In this document: positions 38,882 to 50,709 of the stretch, one piece after another
Layout of the letters: each line of letters begins with the position of its first letter
Position numbering within the stretch: the stretch's first letter is position 1
Assembly: GCF_964355755.1 (NCBI RefSeq)
Contig: NC_092672.1
Coordinates: forward strand, 496,001-560,000
From: Antedon mediterranea
Lineage: Eukaryota > Animalia > Echinodermata
DNA length: 64,000 nt
Direction of reading: 5' to 3'
Translations under genes and position numbers: made by a program
The notes under the pieces: model-generated
What the model saw: only the letters and a program-made list of their open reading frames with translations
What the model was told of the DNA's origin: nothing
Databases searched by the model: none

Positions 38882-40260
38882 AGTTTATCCTATTCTTTAT
38901 AACTGTTCTCAAGTATACCAAAATGACTATAGTTGAGAACAGTGTTAAACTGGATCGTACATTAATGTCTTTTGTTGTATATTGTTAAGTTTATCCTATT
39001 CTATCACTGTTCTCAAGTATACCAAAATAACTATAGTTGAGAACAGTGTTAAACTGGATCGTACATTAATGTTTTTTGTTGTATATTGTTAAGTTTATCC
39101 TATTCTTTATCACTGTTCTCAAGTATACCAAAATGACTATATTTGAGAACAGAGTTAAACTGGATCGTACATTAATGTTTTTTGTTGTATATTGTTAAGT
39201 TTATCCTATTCTTTATCACTGTTCTCAAGTATACCAAAATAACTATAGTTGAGAACAGTGTTAAACTGGATCGTACATTAATGTTTTTTGTTGTATATTT
39301 TTAAGTTTATCCTATTCTTTATCACTGTGCTAAAGTATACCAAAATGACTATAGTTGAGAACAGTGTTAAACTGGATCGTACATTAATGTTTTTTGTTGT
39401 ATATTTTTAAGTTTATCCTATTCTTTATCACTGTGCTCAAGTATACCAAAATGACTATAGTTGAGAACAGTGGTAAACTGGATCGTACATTAATGTTATT
39501 TGTTTTATATTATTAAGTTTATCCTATTCTTTATCACTGTGCTCAAGTATACCAAAATGACTATAGTTGAGAACAGTGTTAAACGGGATCGTACATTAAT
39601 GTTTTTTGTTGTATATTGTTAAGTTTATCCTATTCTTTATCACTGTTCTCAAGTATACCAAAATGACTATAGTTGAGAACAGTGTTAAACTGAATCGTAC
39701 ATTAATGTTTTTTGTTGTATATTGCTAAGTTTATCCTATTCTTTATCACTGTGCTCAAGTATACCAAAATGACTATAGTTGAGAACAGTGTTAAATGGGA
39801 TCGTACATTAATGTTTTTTGTTGTATATTGTTAAGTTTATCCTATTCTTTATAACTGTTCTCAAGTATACCAAAATGACTATAGTTGAGAACAGTGTTAA
39901 ACTGGATCGTACATTAATGTCTTTTGTTGTATATTGTTAAGTTTATCCTATTCTATCACTGTGCTCAAGTATACCAAAATTACTATAGTTGAGAACAGTG
40001 TTAAACGGGATCGTACATTGTTGTTGTATATTGTTAAGTTTATCCTATTCTTTATCACTGTGCTCAAGTATACCAAAATGACTATAGTTGAGAACAGTGT
40101 TAAACGGGATCGTACATTAATGTTATTTGTTGTATATTGTTAAGTTTATCCTATTCTTTATCAATGTGCTCAAGTATACCAAAATGACTATAGTTGAGAA
40201 CAGTGTTAAACTACATCGTACATTAATGTTATTTGTTGTATATTGTTAAGTGTATTCTTT
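38881..40260. repeat. ~106-bp satellite, ~13 copies, each with an internal 17-bp inverted repeat
   Basis: Units start 38881, 38987, 39091, 39197...; CACTGTTCTCAAGTATA-N10-TATAGTTGAGAACAGTG. Confidence 0.95.
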
Positions 40261-40592
40261 ATTCTTATTAATTGTACTAAATTATTAAAAGAAACAGTAG
40301 TAAGCATAACATTTCCCCACTCCTACATTAACATGGTAGGACATTGTAATGGTCGCAGGTGGCTCAACTTTATTACTGCAATGGGATGGACATGGTCCTA
40401 CTACCACCTTACCATCCAATAGGATTCCAGTAAATTTCCTTTACTACCAATCATAATTCAGTAATTAAATGACCCCTTAAGTTAACAAGGAAATCAGCCT
40501 ATCCCATTATACCGGTAGGCTTCGTCGTTACAGGCGTACTGCGGTAATAGTTGAGAATTTTCAACTAGCCAATTTGGTATATTTTATATACC

Positions 40593-42448
40593 TGATCTCA
40601 GACATGACTTGTAATATCGCTTCATTGACGGCAATGGTAAAAGAACAGAAAGATTTGATTGCAGACCTACAAACCAGCAATGGACAACATGATATGATTT
40701 TAATGCGGTACAAATTAGACTGATAAATAACAATGTTAGAATATAGGCCTACCATGAAAAGGAGAATGCATCTTATCGATGATATAGATTTTGAAAAAAC
40801 ATGAAAAAAAAAATACTTCTGTAACATCATATTTTAATCAATAGATGTAAACCCTCAGACAAATAGTTAAGAAAATATATATTTATCATACTCTGCTGCT
40901 GAGAACTTTCTATCCGAGTAAATTTGTAAATTATGTGTAAAATATATGCAAGTAAATCAGTAGTAAATGTAAATTTTCTTAGATTTTTTACGTGTAATGA
41001 ATACAGTGGAACATTATAAAATAATATTAACCTATATAAACAATATTTCACAAATATTAAAAAGGCCTATGCTCGGTAGCTTTAAGGCTCTGAATTAAAA
41101 AACAAAAAAGTGAATAAAATCGTTACGACTTATAGTGTAAATATATTTCCATAATTTCGTTGTCACATTAGGACAGCAAAAACGTTTTAATCCGCAACCG
41201 AGACCAGGCAATTGATGTTTTGTTTTTAATCGTTTTTTGTTTCATAGCAATTAAAAGAAAAGAATATTCAAATATATTGAGTGGTTGTGATTTTCTGATT
41301 TGTGAGTAATACTGGACTAAGATAATGACAGGCCGAAACATCAATTTTAGTTGATTTTGTATTAATGACACATCACTAATATAACAGCTAAAAGAAAACT
41401 TATATTGGGCCAAAATAAAAACAGAGGGCGCTATCACAGAAACTATCAGCGCCTCATGTTTTATACCAATTAATAGAGGGCGGGCTATACATTGGTAAAT
41501 GAAAACTATGGAACGCAAAGTGTGCCTTCAGTGAAAACGATAGTATCACAAAATCATTTAAACGGCAGTTACGTGTTTAATTTTGTTACTGACTGTGTAG
41601 AACATTTCCATTTGCGACAATCGTAAACGGTGAGCAGGTTGAGTTTTTGCGATGTATTTTGCATAAACTGCTCCTGGCCAGAATGTGTATACGTTGTATT
41701 GTACGTATGTTGAAATAATTTTGAACTACTATACAATAGTTAGTACAGAACAATAGAATAGACAGGAAAACTACTGTACACTACACACTCTTTGCTGATG
41801 AGGAAATGTTCTTGCAATCAGTATAAACTGCCATTGTGTCTCCGCTGTTGATTTGAAAATACAGTACAAAGAAAACCAGATTACAATATAGTACTGTCAT
41901 TTAATGACGTACATATGACTTGCATTGCAGCGGTACCGATAGTGTAGAAGGTTTAAATGCAAATGTACAAGGGGTATAAATGGAAAAACTGTTTGTTGCA
42001 AACAATACAAAATTACATACAGAATACTTTCCACAAGTACTTTATTAGCTGTAATGCCAGTATACCTCTAAAATATTTACATCTCTACTGTCAATATAGA
42101 TAAACATAAATTTATAAATAAGAAAATTGGGTTAAAATTATCCCAAAAATAAATCGTATTACTGTATCTAACTGTAGATATCCAAAATGTGACCAATGTT
42201 TAAACAATTTTCAGAAACCCTTAATCCCATTAAATATGTACAATGATTTCAAAGACAAATATCTATAAATCTTCAAGCAAAGGGAAGAGATTTGAAAATG
42301 AGTCTTCCCATAAATTGTCACAGAAAGGACTAGCATCATTGCTTAGTGGTGAATTTGGAGCGTCACTGAAAGCTGAATCACCAGAGTCACTCATAGTAGA
42401 ATACGATGGAGATGGTGATAGCGGATCAGTACTGTTAAGACCCAGCAA
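40593..42448. repeat. Duplication copy 2: decayed 3' end of the Ig-PHD gene plus the functional XBP1 3' end
   Basis: DMTCNIASLTAMVKEQKDLIADLQTSN at ~40601-40681; rest collinear with copy 1. Confidence 0.95.
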
Positions 42449-44451
42449 GTCCGACAGCTCGTCAGTAAACCCATCGTCCACTTGATCACAATTCAGGATA
42501 TCACTAATGTCAATTTTGTCTTCATTAGTAGTAATTTCAGCAACAGGTTCAACAACCATTGGAATGTCATAAGGTACAGAGAATGTTTGTTCATCTTTGT
42601 CGTCGGTGACTAACATGAGAGAGGCAACTGGCGGCTTGGAGTACTCGTGGTCGGTAAGGATCACTTCTTTGATGGATTCCACGTCTTTTGATGAGCTCCC
42701 CACCAGATCACTAGAGGATTCTGTGTTGGAACGGTCTTTTGTTGTTGTTCCTTTGGTCTCGAAGCTATTAGTGTTTGTTGAGATGGCATGCTCGGAATTG
42801 AGCTGCTCGATAAGTTGAAGAAGGACATCAGACTGGTGAAAAAAAAAATTGAAAATTGTACAATATTGCAGCATACAAAAAACTTATTGGTCTAATGCTC
42901 TGTCTACACTATCAAACTTAAGTGTGATATGCCCAAATATGGTGGTAATAATATGACATCATCGTGTCCATATATGGGCACATCACATTTTGTTGTCACA
43001 TAAAGTTTGATAGTGTAGATAGAGCTCAATAATGTACCCCGTATGAAATTGTTTATATAAATAAAATAAAGATCGATATCTATGGTTAGAACACTGAACC
43101 CAACAGCTAATAATTACCAACAATAATCAGTACTCACCTCCACATCAGAATGGTCGTTAACATTGTTGAAAGCTGTTGGATGTGCACCTGCGGCAGAGGG
43201 GCTATGAGTACGGCAGACTCAGGGGATCCAACTTCTTTCTTTACAACCACACTCGTGGAGTCTAAAACCTAAAATAAAATCAAGAAAATCTGTTAGAAAC
43301 AAAGTCAACAAACATACATAGGCAAGGCTAGTTTTGATTTAACTTTATTTGCCACAAAAAGGACAAAAACCATGAGCTATGCTAGTTAGGTGTATGTATG
43401 TATCATCATTTTAACTGTTGGTCTCTAGTTCAATGAGGGCAATTCATTCCACTTAAACCCTCAAACAACCAGCTACAGACTTGAGATACAACCACCTTTC
43501 ATGCATTTATTTACCTTTTCCTTATCCATATTGTTTGAGCTCAGGAATAGCTTCAGACAGGCTTTCAGTTCTCTGTTTTCATTTTCCAAGGCATCATTTT
43601 GTGACCGAAGGAGTTTGTTTTCTTTTGTAAGCTTAGTGTTTTCATCTTTGATGGCATTCACCTCGCCTTCTATACCGTTTACGTAATCTTTTTTCCGATC
43701 ACGCGCTGTCTGTGCAGCTACTCTATTCTTTAACTTCCTGTAATAATAAAATCATAAATATCTACATTTAGCCTGTTGTTGAAAAATGATTAGCTTAGCC
43801 GCTAGGTGAATAAATATTTGATTAAAAAAATTTATAACGGCATTTATATATGGAAAAAATGGTTTATTTTACAGTTTCTGAGCTGAAAAAAAACAATATT
43901 TCCTTTTCTTTAACTTTCATTTTAGTGAAACATGGAATAATGGAAGCTACTCTACAGTCTACATTATTTTGTAGGCTATGCCTAAATAAAGTAAAATTAT
44001 CAAAAAGAGGCCTTTCCGGTTCCAACTACAAACAACGTCATCCAGTGATTAAATTACCATATGGTAGATATTGTTTGTTGGTTTAGGGCTAGGCCCGAGA
44101 ACACCAGTTCCGGTTTTTATAGAAATTAATTTTGGCTATGAGCCTATGGTTTTTTATACAATTAAAATAAGTTTTCAGATTCTACGATACATACCTTCTA
44201 GCCATTTTTTGTTCAGGCGTAAGATGTGTTAATCGCTGCCTTTTTCTCGGCATTCCTTGTTTTGTGTATTGAGTATCAAATTCTGTACTATCAATACTTG
44301 GAGTGAATGCCAATCGCTGGGCCAGTTCAATCGATCTCTGATCCATCTCCTCGTTACTTCGTTTCTGTGTTGATGTCGGGCTAGACGAAACTAACATTTT
44401 AATCGGTGTCTGATTCTGGGAAATCTGGGCAAGTAGTATTCTAGAGGCCAT
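42263..44451 (-). CDS. XBP1: X-box binding protein 1 (spliced form ~386 aa, unspliced ~260 aa)
   Basis: Exons 44451-44195, 43737-43515, 43268-43138, 42832-42263, all GT-AG and in phase. RKRQRLTHLTPEQK..RRKLKNRVAAQTARDRKK bZIP; SDVLLQL and WEDSFSNLFP motifs. Confidence 0.97.
42897..43025. mobile_element. Small MITE in XBP1 intron 3 (partial copies ~55465, ~62200)
   Basis: gctctgtctacactatcaaactt ... aagtttgatagtgtagatagagc. Confidence 0.8.
43194..43213 (-). other. XBP1: IRE1-cleaved unconventional 20-nt intron
   Basis: tgagt CTG|CCGT actca and cct CTG|CCGC agg stem-loops; removal joins ESA-AGA and opens the XBP1s frame. Confidence 0.93.
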
Positions 44452-44602
44452 GTTGACAATAACTAACCAAAAATATCTGCAATAAGATAAAATGGGCCAA
44501 AAAGCCGAGACAAAACACAGCTACTTTTCAGAGTTCTCACATACTTCGCCTTTCTGATATTTAGCAACTACTTATGTGACGATCTTGCAATCGGTAAATG
44601 TT

Positions 44603-44621
44603 CGTGTCCTTTTTTGATTGG
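44603..44621 (-). promoter_or_regulatory. ERSE-like element CCAAT-N9-ACACG upstream of XBP1
   Basis: Exact 9-nt spacing, one mismatch to CCAAT-N9-CCACG, ~150 bp from ATG. Confidence 0.55.
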
Positions 44622-45385
44622 CCAATACAACTAGCTTCTATAATACTGGTGGCGCTTTTCGAGTGTGTGAAATATATATCTGTTTGCATTTGTTTAGGTA
44701 AGCTATAATTACGTCATTGTTTTCCAAAAATAGTAGTGTATTGGAGGAATAATAGACCGAAAACGTGGAAGTCTGATGCAACGGGGTGTGATATTGTTGA
44801 TTGTTGTGTACGACCCGTCTGTTGCCAAAATATTGCGTAAGCAATCGAATAATAAAAACATCACAATCACGCTAGAATTAACGACTAGAATAACGATAAT
44901 GTTGTGTGAGACTGGTAATTGCCACGTCTCTGAGATTATATCTATGTGATTGAATTTTAAATTGAACGAGAATAAATACGTTAGTGACAGCTAAAATGAA
45001 ATTAAAGGCCTATAAATTTTTGATTTGTTCTATATATGTGGCGGGCGGGACCGCACCTGGGGAATTACTCGCTACTTTTAGCTGAAATTTCCAATTGGTG
45101 GTTTATACAAGATAATTAAAGCAGTGATGTGATTCTCTTATCTATCTAGTTTTAATCACGCATTTCACTTTTATAAAACGTCTTCTGACAGAGTGCATAG
45201 CCTAAGTAAAGTGGTACCACAATTAGAATTATTTTGGGATCATTGCTTTTTAATTTTATAAATACACTCTGCCCTGATAGTCAATGGTAGTGTAATAATA
45301 CGATGATAACACAACAATTATTTGGTGGTTCTCACACTTCTGTATGCCTACTTCAAAATGAACTTCAAACCAATTTTAATGTTAA

Positions 45386-46011
45386 AGCCCCATTCCCTAC
45401 GTTTTTTAGATCTAATTTAAGATCACAAACTATATTTAATGTAAAAATAATACTATATGGTCCTATTGCGATAACTTTTTTCATCTTTAAACGGTTAAAA
45501 ATGTGAAAAATAAGTCGATTCTAATCATTATAGCGGCCCGCTATAAATCCCAAAATGCATTGCGCGCGGATTGATATTTTTGTTTTTCACCTGTAATTCG
45601 CCCACTTTTCGATCGATCGTGAGGCCAAAACAAATGGAAGACTCCTAACTTTTCAGCGAAAATACCGGGTTTTCCCCAATTTGTATCAACGGAGTCTGGC
45701 AAAAATAGAAAGACAATTAATGCAGCAACTATACAACGTCAGGCTAGGTATATAGCTCGCGTACGATGTTCGTACGTTACCGATGTTTACCAGCTAGGCC
45801 TACAAAACTAAGCCTAGCTAGGCTAGGCCTAAGACCGTCCACGAGAGGTCGATCGCCGCGAGCTACTTAGGTAGTGCATTGTTTCTCACTTTTTATCATA
45901 ATTTATCATAAAACGTACATTTAAGACAAGAAATGACATGGTTTAATGTTTTTAAAGTGATATATATGTATTATTTTCCAAAAAACGTCCAAAATTGCAG
46001 GGAAGGGGTCT
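45386..46011 (+). mobile_element. Kolobok-like MITE, copy 1
   Basis: TTAA TSD, AG..CT ends, imperfect TIR AGCCCCATTCCC/GGGAAGGGGTCT; near-identical inverted copy at 56277-56887. Confidence 0.85.
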
Positions 46012-46595
46012 TTAATGTTTGTTACTTGTTTATAAAAAAATAAACTAAACTAATTTTATGGTTTTAGGAACTTCCCACTTTACTTCCCAAATTGTCCAAC
46101 ATTTCCCTTGATATACGAAAAAAATGACATTAAACAGGTTAAATTAAATATCTTCTGTAAATTTTGAAATTGCACATTCATGGGCTTAATTTACATATTA
46201 TTGAAAATACAAATATCGGCAAAAATATCAAATAAAATTGGTCGACGTTATTCTCAGTGCACAAGAAGTAGGCCTAAATCAAATAACAATAATGGAGCAA
46301 AATGGGAGACAGGTACAAAAGGCACAGGATCATTATTTAAGACATGAATAATCTTCCAAACAATATAACAACAACATTCAATGAATCCCTGCAACATTTT
46401 TTTAAATCATAACTGTAATGTTGAATTTTTCTTTCGCCACTTTTGCCTTTTGGACCTTTTAATTGTTAATTATATTTTCTATTGCATTATTTTGTCTTGT
46501 AGCTTTTTATTTTGTTTTTTGTTATAGGTCTAGTGTAAAGAATATAATCTGTGATCCATTTTAAAAAATCAGTACTGTAATACTAAGTGTATCTA

Positions 46596-46704
46596 AAACA
46601 AGGCCAACAGCCATAAGTCGCGTGCTAAAACGCATAGTGATACCGGACAGACCGACAGACCGACAGACATAGTGAACTATAGAGTCGCGTCCACGCGACT
46701 AAAA
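46596..46704. mobile_element. Short HINE/DINE-1-like element
   Basis: agtcgcgt subterminal repeat, (GACAGACC)n tract, terminal hairpin agtcgcgtccacgcgact. Confidence 0.65.
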
Positions 46705-47115
46705 AGACAGAAAAAAAGTGCATAACTCGTAGTGGTCCATGCGACGATCGACGACGCATCATGACATGAAATAAGCGTCGGTCGTAAACACCTCACAACC
46801 ATAACTACGTATACTGACAGTTGGATTTCCTGTGCAGCAGAACACAATAATAAACGCCATCCTTGTTTGACTTCGACTAAACTAAGTAACATAAATATTG
46901 CAATCAGATCTGTGTATGCCTATACACAGTACTACACCCGAGTTTTGACTAAACATAATTCACATTATAATAACCCGCCTATATAATGGTATGTGCCGTC
47001 TGTCCAATGATCAGATTTCCTATCTCAACGGTCACAAGACTTCAGTTATCCTAATAAATAGAGGTTCGTTTTTTTAGCTGACCACACCTCCATTACTCTG
47101 CCAGCTAGGTACACA

Positions 47116-48063
47116 ATGTGTGATGTAAATGTACGATCTGAATGGCATTCTCTAGCCAAACGAGTCAATGTGTTGGAATCGTATATGAGTTATTATGATT
47201 CCAATCCAGATAAAGTTGACGGAAAGTTCTGTGTAGTTTTTGTTCACGGAAATCCGACATCATCATACCTCTGGCGCAACGTCATTCCGTTCGTGGAATC
47301 AAAATACCGATGTTTTGCTCCTGATCTGATCGGCATGGGGATGTCTGCGAAGTTACCTGGAGGCAGTCAATACACATTCATGGACGTATTTCGGTATTTG
47401 TCCGAGTGGTTCACGGCAGCTTGTGTTCCGCAGAAAGTTGTTCTTGTTTGCCATGATTGGGGATCAGCTTTGAGCTTCAATTGGGCTTACAAGAATCAGG
47501 ACAGGGTCGTTGGAATCGTTCATATGGAAAGTCTTGTTTCACCGATTCCAAGTTGGGAGTTTTGGGAACAAAACTTTAAAGACCCGACACTGAAAGACGC
47601 ACCGGAGGGCACTCCTGGAGTAATCGACGTCTTCAAATCATTTCATACTTCGGTTGGCGAGAAAGCAATACTGGATGACAATGTATTCATCGAGAAGCTT
47701 CTAGGAGAAGGAATAATTCGAGATTTATCTAACGAAGAGTTGGATATTTATCGAAAACCTTTCCTGGAGCCAGGTGAGTCTCGTCGACCTATGCACACCC
47801 TGGCATGCTCTCTTCCGATTGTAACACTGGGTGGAGAAGTCGTCCAAATCGTGAGTGCTTACAGTAAATGGCTATCAGAAAGTTCTGATGTGCCCAAGTT
47901 GTTTTTGAACGCCGAACCTGGTTTCTTTTCGCCAGTGATCAAAGCCATTACAAAGGATTGGCCTAACCACCGAGTCGGAACTTGTACTGGTTTGCATTTT
48001 GTTCAGGAAGATTCTCCAGATATTATTGGGAAGCAAGTGGTGGAGTTCTTGGATGAGTTGTAA
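47116..48063 (+). CDS. Renilla luciferase-like / haloalkane dehalogenase (alpha/beta hydrolase), intronless, 315 aa
   Basis: HGNPTSSYLWRNV, APDLIGMG, HDWG nucleophile, HMES acid, GLHFVQEDSP base; PGESRRP, PKLFLNAEPGFFS. Confidence 0.96.
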   Translation: MCDVNVRSEWHSLAKRVNVLESYMSYYDSNPDKVDGKFCVVFVHGNPTSSYLWRNVIPFVESKYRCFAPDLIGMGMSAKLPGGSQYTFMDVFRYLSEWFTAACVPQKVVLVCHDWGSALSFNWAYKNQDRVVGIVHMESLVSPIPSWEFWEQNFKDPTLKDAPEGTPGVIDVFKSFHTSVGEKAILDDNVFIEKLLGEGIIRDLSNEELDIYRKPFLEPGESRRPMHTLACSLPIVTLGGEVVQIVSAYSKWLSESSDVPKLFLNAEPGFFSPVIKAITKDWPNHRVGTCTGLHFVQEDSPDIIGKQVVEFLDEL

Positions 48064-50709
48064 GTTCTGAGTAGCACTCTTTGTATGCAGAATGCAGAAC
48101 ATTATTTTCCACACATTTAAACTATTTAGTGTCAAACGGAAAACAATATATTTGGTCACGTACTCTAACAGTGATATCAAATAATCAACTTGCTGAAACG
48201 ATTGGCGATTATTAACAATACTTATTTTCGATTTCGATTGGCCTACTTAACTAGCTATCAATACATTTTGTTGAACTATTAACGCTACTGCTTTTTTCTC
48301 ATGCTACATGTAATTTGCTAGCGATTATGTATGTATTTAGTATTTAGAATAATATTTTAATTCCGTTTTACAAAATAACGTAAAATGTAAACCATTTCGC
48401 TACAGGAATGCGTACTGTGAATAGAAGCGCCAGCTAAAGCATGTAATATTTGTTAAAATAAAATGTAACGGTACATAAAATATATATTTTTTATTTTGCA
48501 CACTTGTTTCCTTGTTGTAGCCTACTACACTTGTATGGCTTGGAATTCAATGAAGTCGCTGCTCGGGGAATAAAAACACGGTAAAATGGAATGTGACATT
48601 TTATATTTTAAAAGAAAACAGAATGTGTAGGCCTATTTCCTGATACAAAAAAAAAATTGTATCCAGCGAATAGGTAAATTGTGTGACCGTCAAGCGTCAA
48701 CAATCATAAACAAAAAGCACTGTTAAATTTGCATATGGATTATAGACACGTTCAGTCAACCAATGAAAACATTAATTGAATGCATGTGGTGGTGATGACC
48801 ATGATATCATCATCACCACCACCGAACCATACATATCTATCTAAACACACTAGGCCCTACCAACCAAATTTGAATTTAAGAGTTGACGGGCTTCATCCAT
48901 ATTATTATTATTATTATTAAATCGCCTGTATCGTTTTAATCATAATTCAGACGACTAGCCTCCAAAATGTGTATAACCTTCTAGGCCTCCGCTACTGTTT
49001 AGGCTAGCGTGCGTAGGCTAGGCCTACAACACTAACTGTATTGAAAGTAGCCATACTAGCTAGCAGGACTCCCACACATCAAGGCCTAGGCTAGCTAGCT
49101 AGAGGGTAGGCCTGGACCTACTCGCTCCTCGCTTGCTTGGATATGCCTAGACTGTCTACTACCTACCTCAAATGTGTGCTTGGCCATCAGCAGTTAGTCC
49201 AGGTCTTCTATTATATTCCACATTAAAGCTTTTTTCATGAATAAGGCAACTGAATTTTACTGTTTTACCGTGTGTGTAGCCTCCGACGTAAAAAAGCGGA
49301 GATCACGTTGCACTTTTCTGACGATGATTTTGCCGCCCATGCGCCAACCAACCAAACGAGAGCCATCGATGACGTCGGCTCACCGTGCGTGATTGGCCAG
49401 TAGTTAAATGCGCAAGATAATAATAATACATGCATTGACAATTACAGTGCGAAATCAACAAATATACAGTTAGTTATGCAGCCTTTTATTTATTGTTTTT
49501 TGTGTACAATATCCTATCGTATTTTAAATAACAGTAATACGATAATTGACAAAAATATAAAGTAATTCTTTTAAATCTACAACAGCCATAGTTCTCAAAT
49601 GTAAGACTATTTGCAAACAATATGATCTTATGATATGATATGATGATATAATCGTGTGTACAAACATTGTACACACGATTTAATACAGTACAATCTCAAC
49701 AGGTCAAAGTTCACAACCGTGTTAAATTGGCATAGATGACAGTAACACTGTCATCTATGCCAGTATTACTGTAGTTCATCTATGTTTATACACTACAATA
49801 GTTCTACTAATTTGATAGAAGGTTTACAAAATATAAATAAATAAAAATACAAAAATATAGAAAAAAACAACAAAGACTTTGAATATTCGCTGCTTGTAAC
49901 ATTGTTATTTTATCAATGTAAAGCAAAAACATTAAAAATGTACAACAAACACCAACTCCTAATGGTAACATTTCCTTTAATAGGTCAGTTGGTACTTAAT
50001 AAATCATTCATGTGCTTGTAACATTTTTATGTATCTCAAGGTTATTGGAATTCAACAATTCTTCATAATACATTCACATTAATGTTTTAATCATTTGGAA
50101 AATAAAACATTATTGACTATCAATAATTTATTTGCTGCAAAAAATGTTATTTGTCATTATTTGGAACATCATGAATGATAATGTAGCATATATGAATCTA
50201 TTATTACAAGAAAATACTTTTGAATTTGGATTATAATCTTCTGTAGTACTACCTATAAATGTTACAAGCACCATAGGAGTTGGTGGCTGTTGGTACACAT
50301 TGTAATATTTCTTTTCTATGGCTATTGTACATTATTATTCTACAACAGTGTTATGAATAGAGCAAATAAATCTATTCTATGTAATATTTTTACTTATTCA
50401 ACTTTGCACTATGGTTGTTTGAATGGCAGGAGATAACAAGAGATAGTCTATAGGATATCAGAGGGGGTGTGTATTAATATTGCACAGAAAAATCCAATGA
50501 CATAACATCCTCCCTCTGCTGCCACCCTTACAAAAAAAGTTTTAACAACCAGTTGCTCCTCTTTACATTTGGTCTCAATAACAGATTCATTCCATCATCG
50601 CTTAGTATTATACGTTGATAGCTGTATCGCTCCAGACTATCCTTACTTTGCGATTATCAGTACAGTATCTATTTTCATTGTGTGCTGATTGTTGGAATTG
50701 TAGGACAAT

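Noticed and set aside
38881-40260. CRISPR-like array (palindromic repeats at regular spacing)
   Set aside because: Intervening sequence is the same in each unit, no unique spacers, no cas genes, eukaryotic context.
41795-41806. CTGATGAGGAAA hammerhead-like string (also CTGATGAG at ~35061)
   Set aside because: No stem II or flanking helices.
47116-48063. Bacterial contamination
   Set aside because: Flanked continuously by host MITEs and intron-containing animal genes; motifs resemble animal RLuc-like proteins.
48752-48822. C/D box snoRNA (GTGATGA...CTGA on minus strand)
   Set aside because: C box is buried in a local inverted repeat, no terminal stem or convincing rRNA guide recognised.
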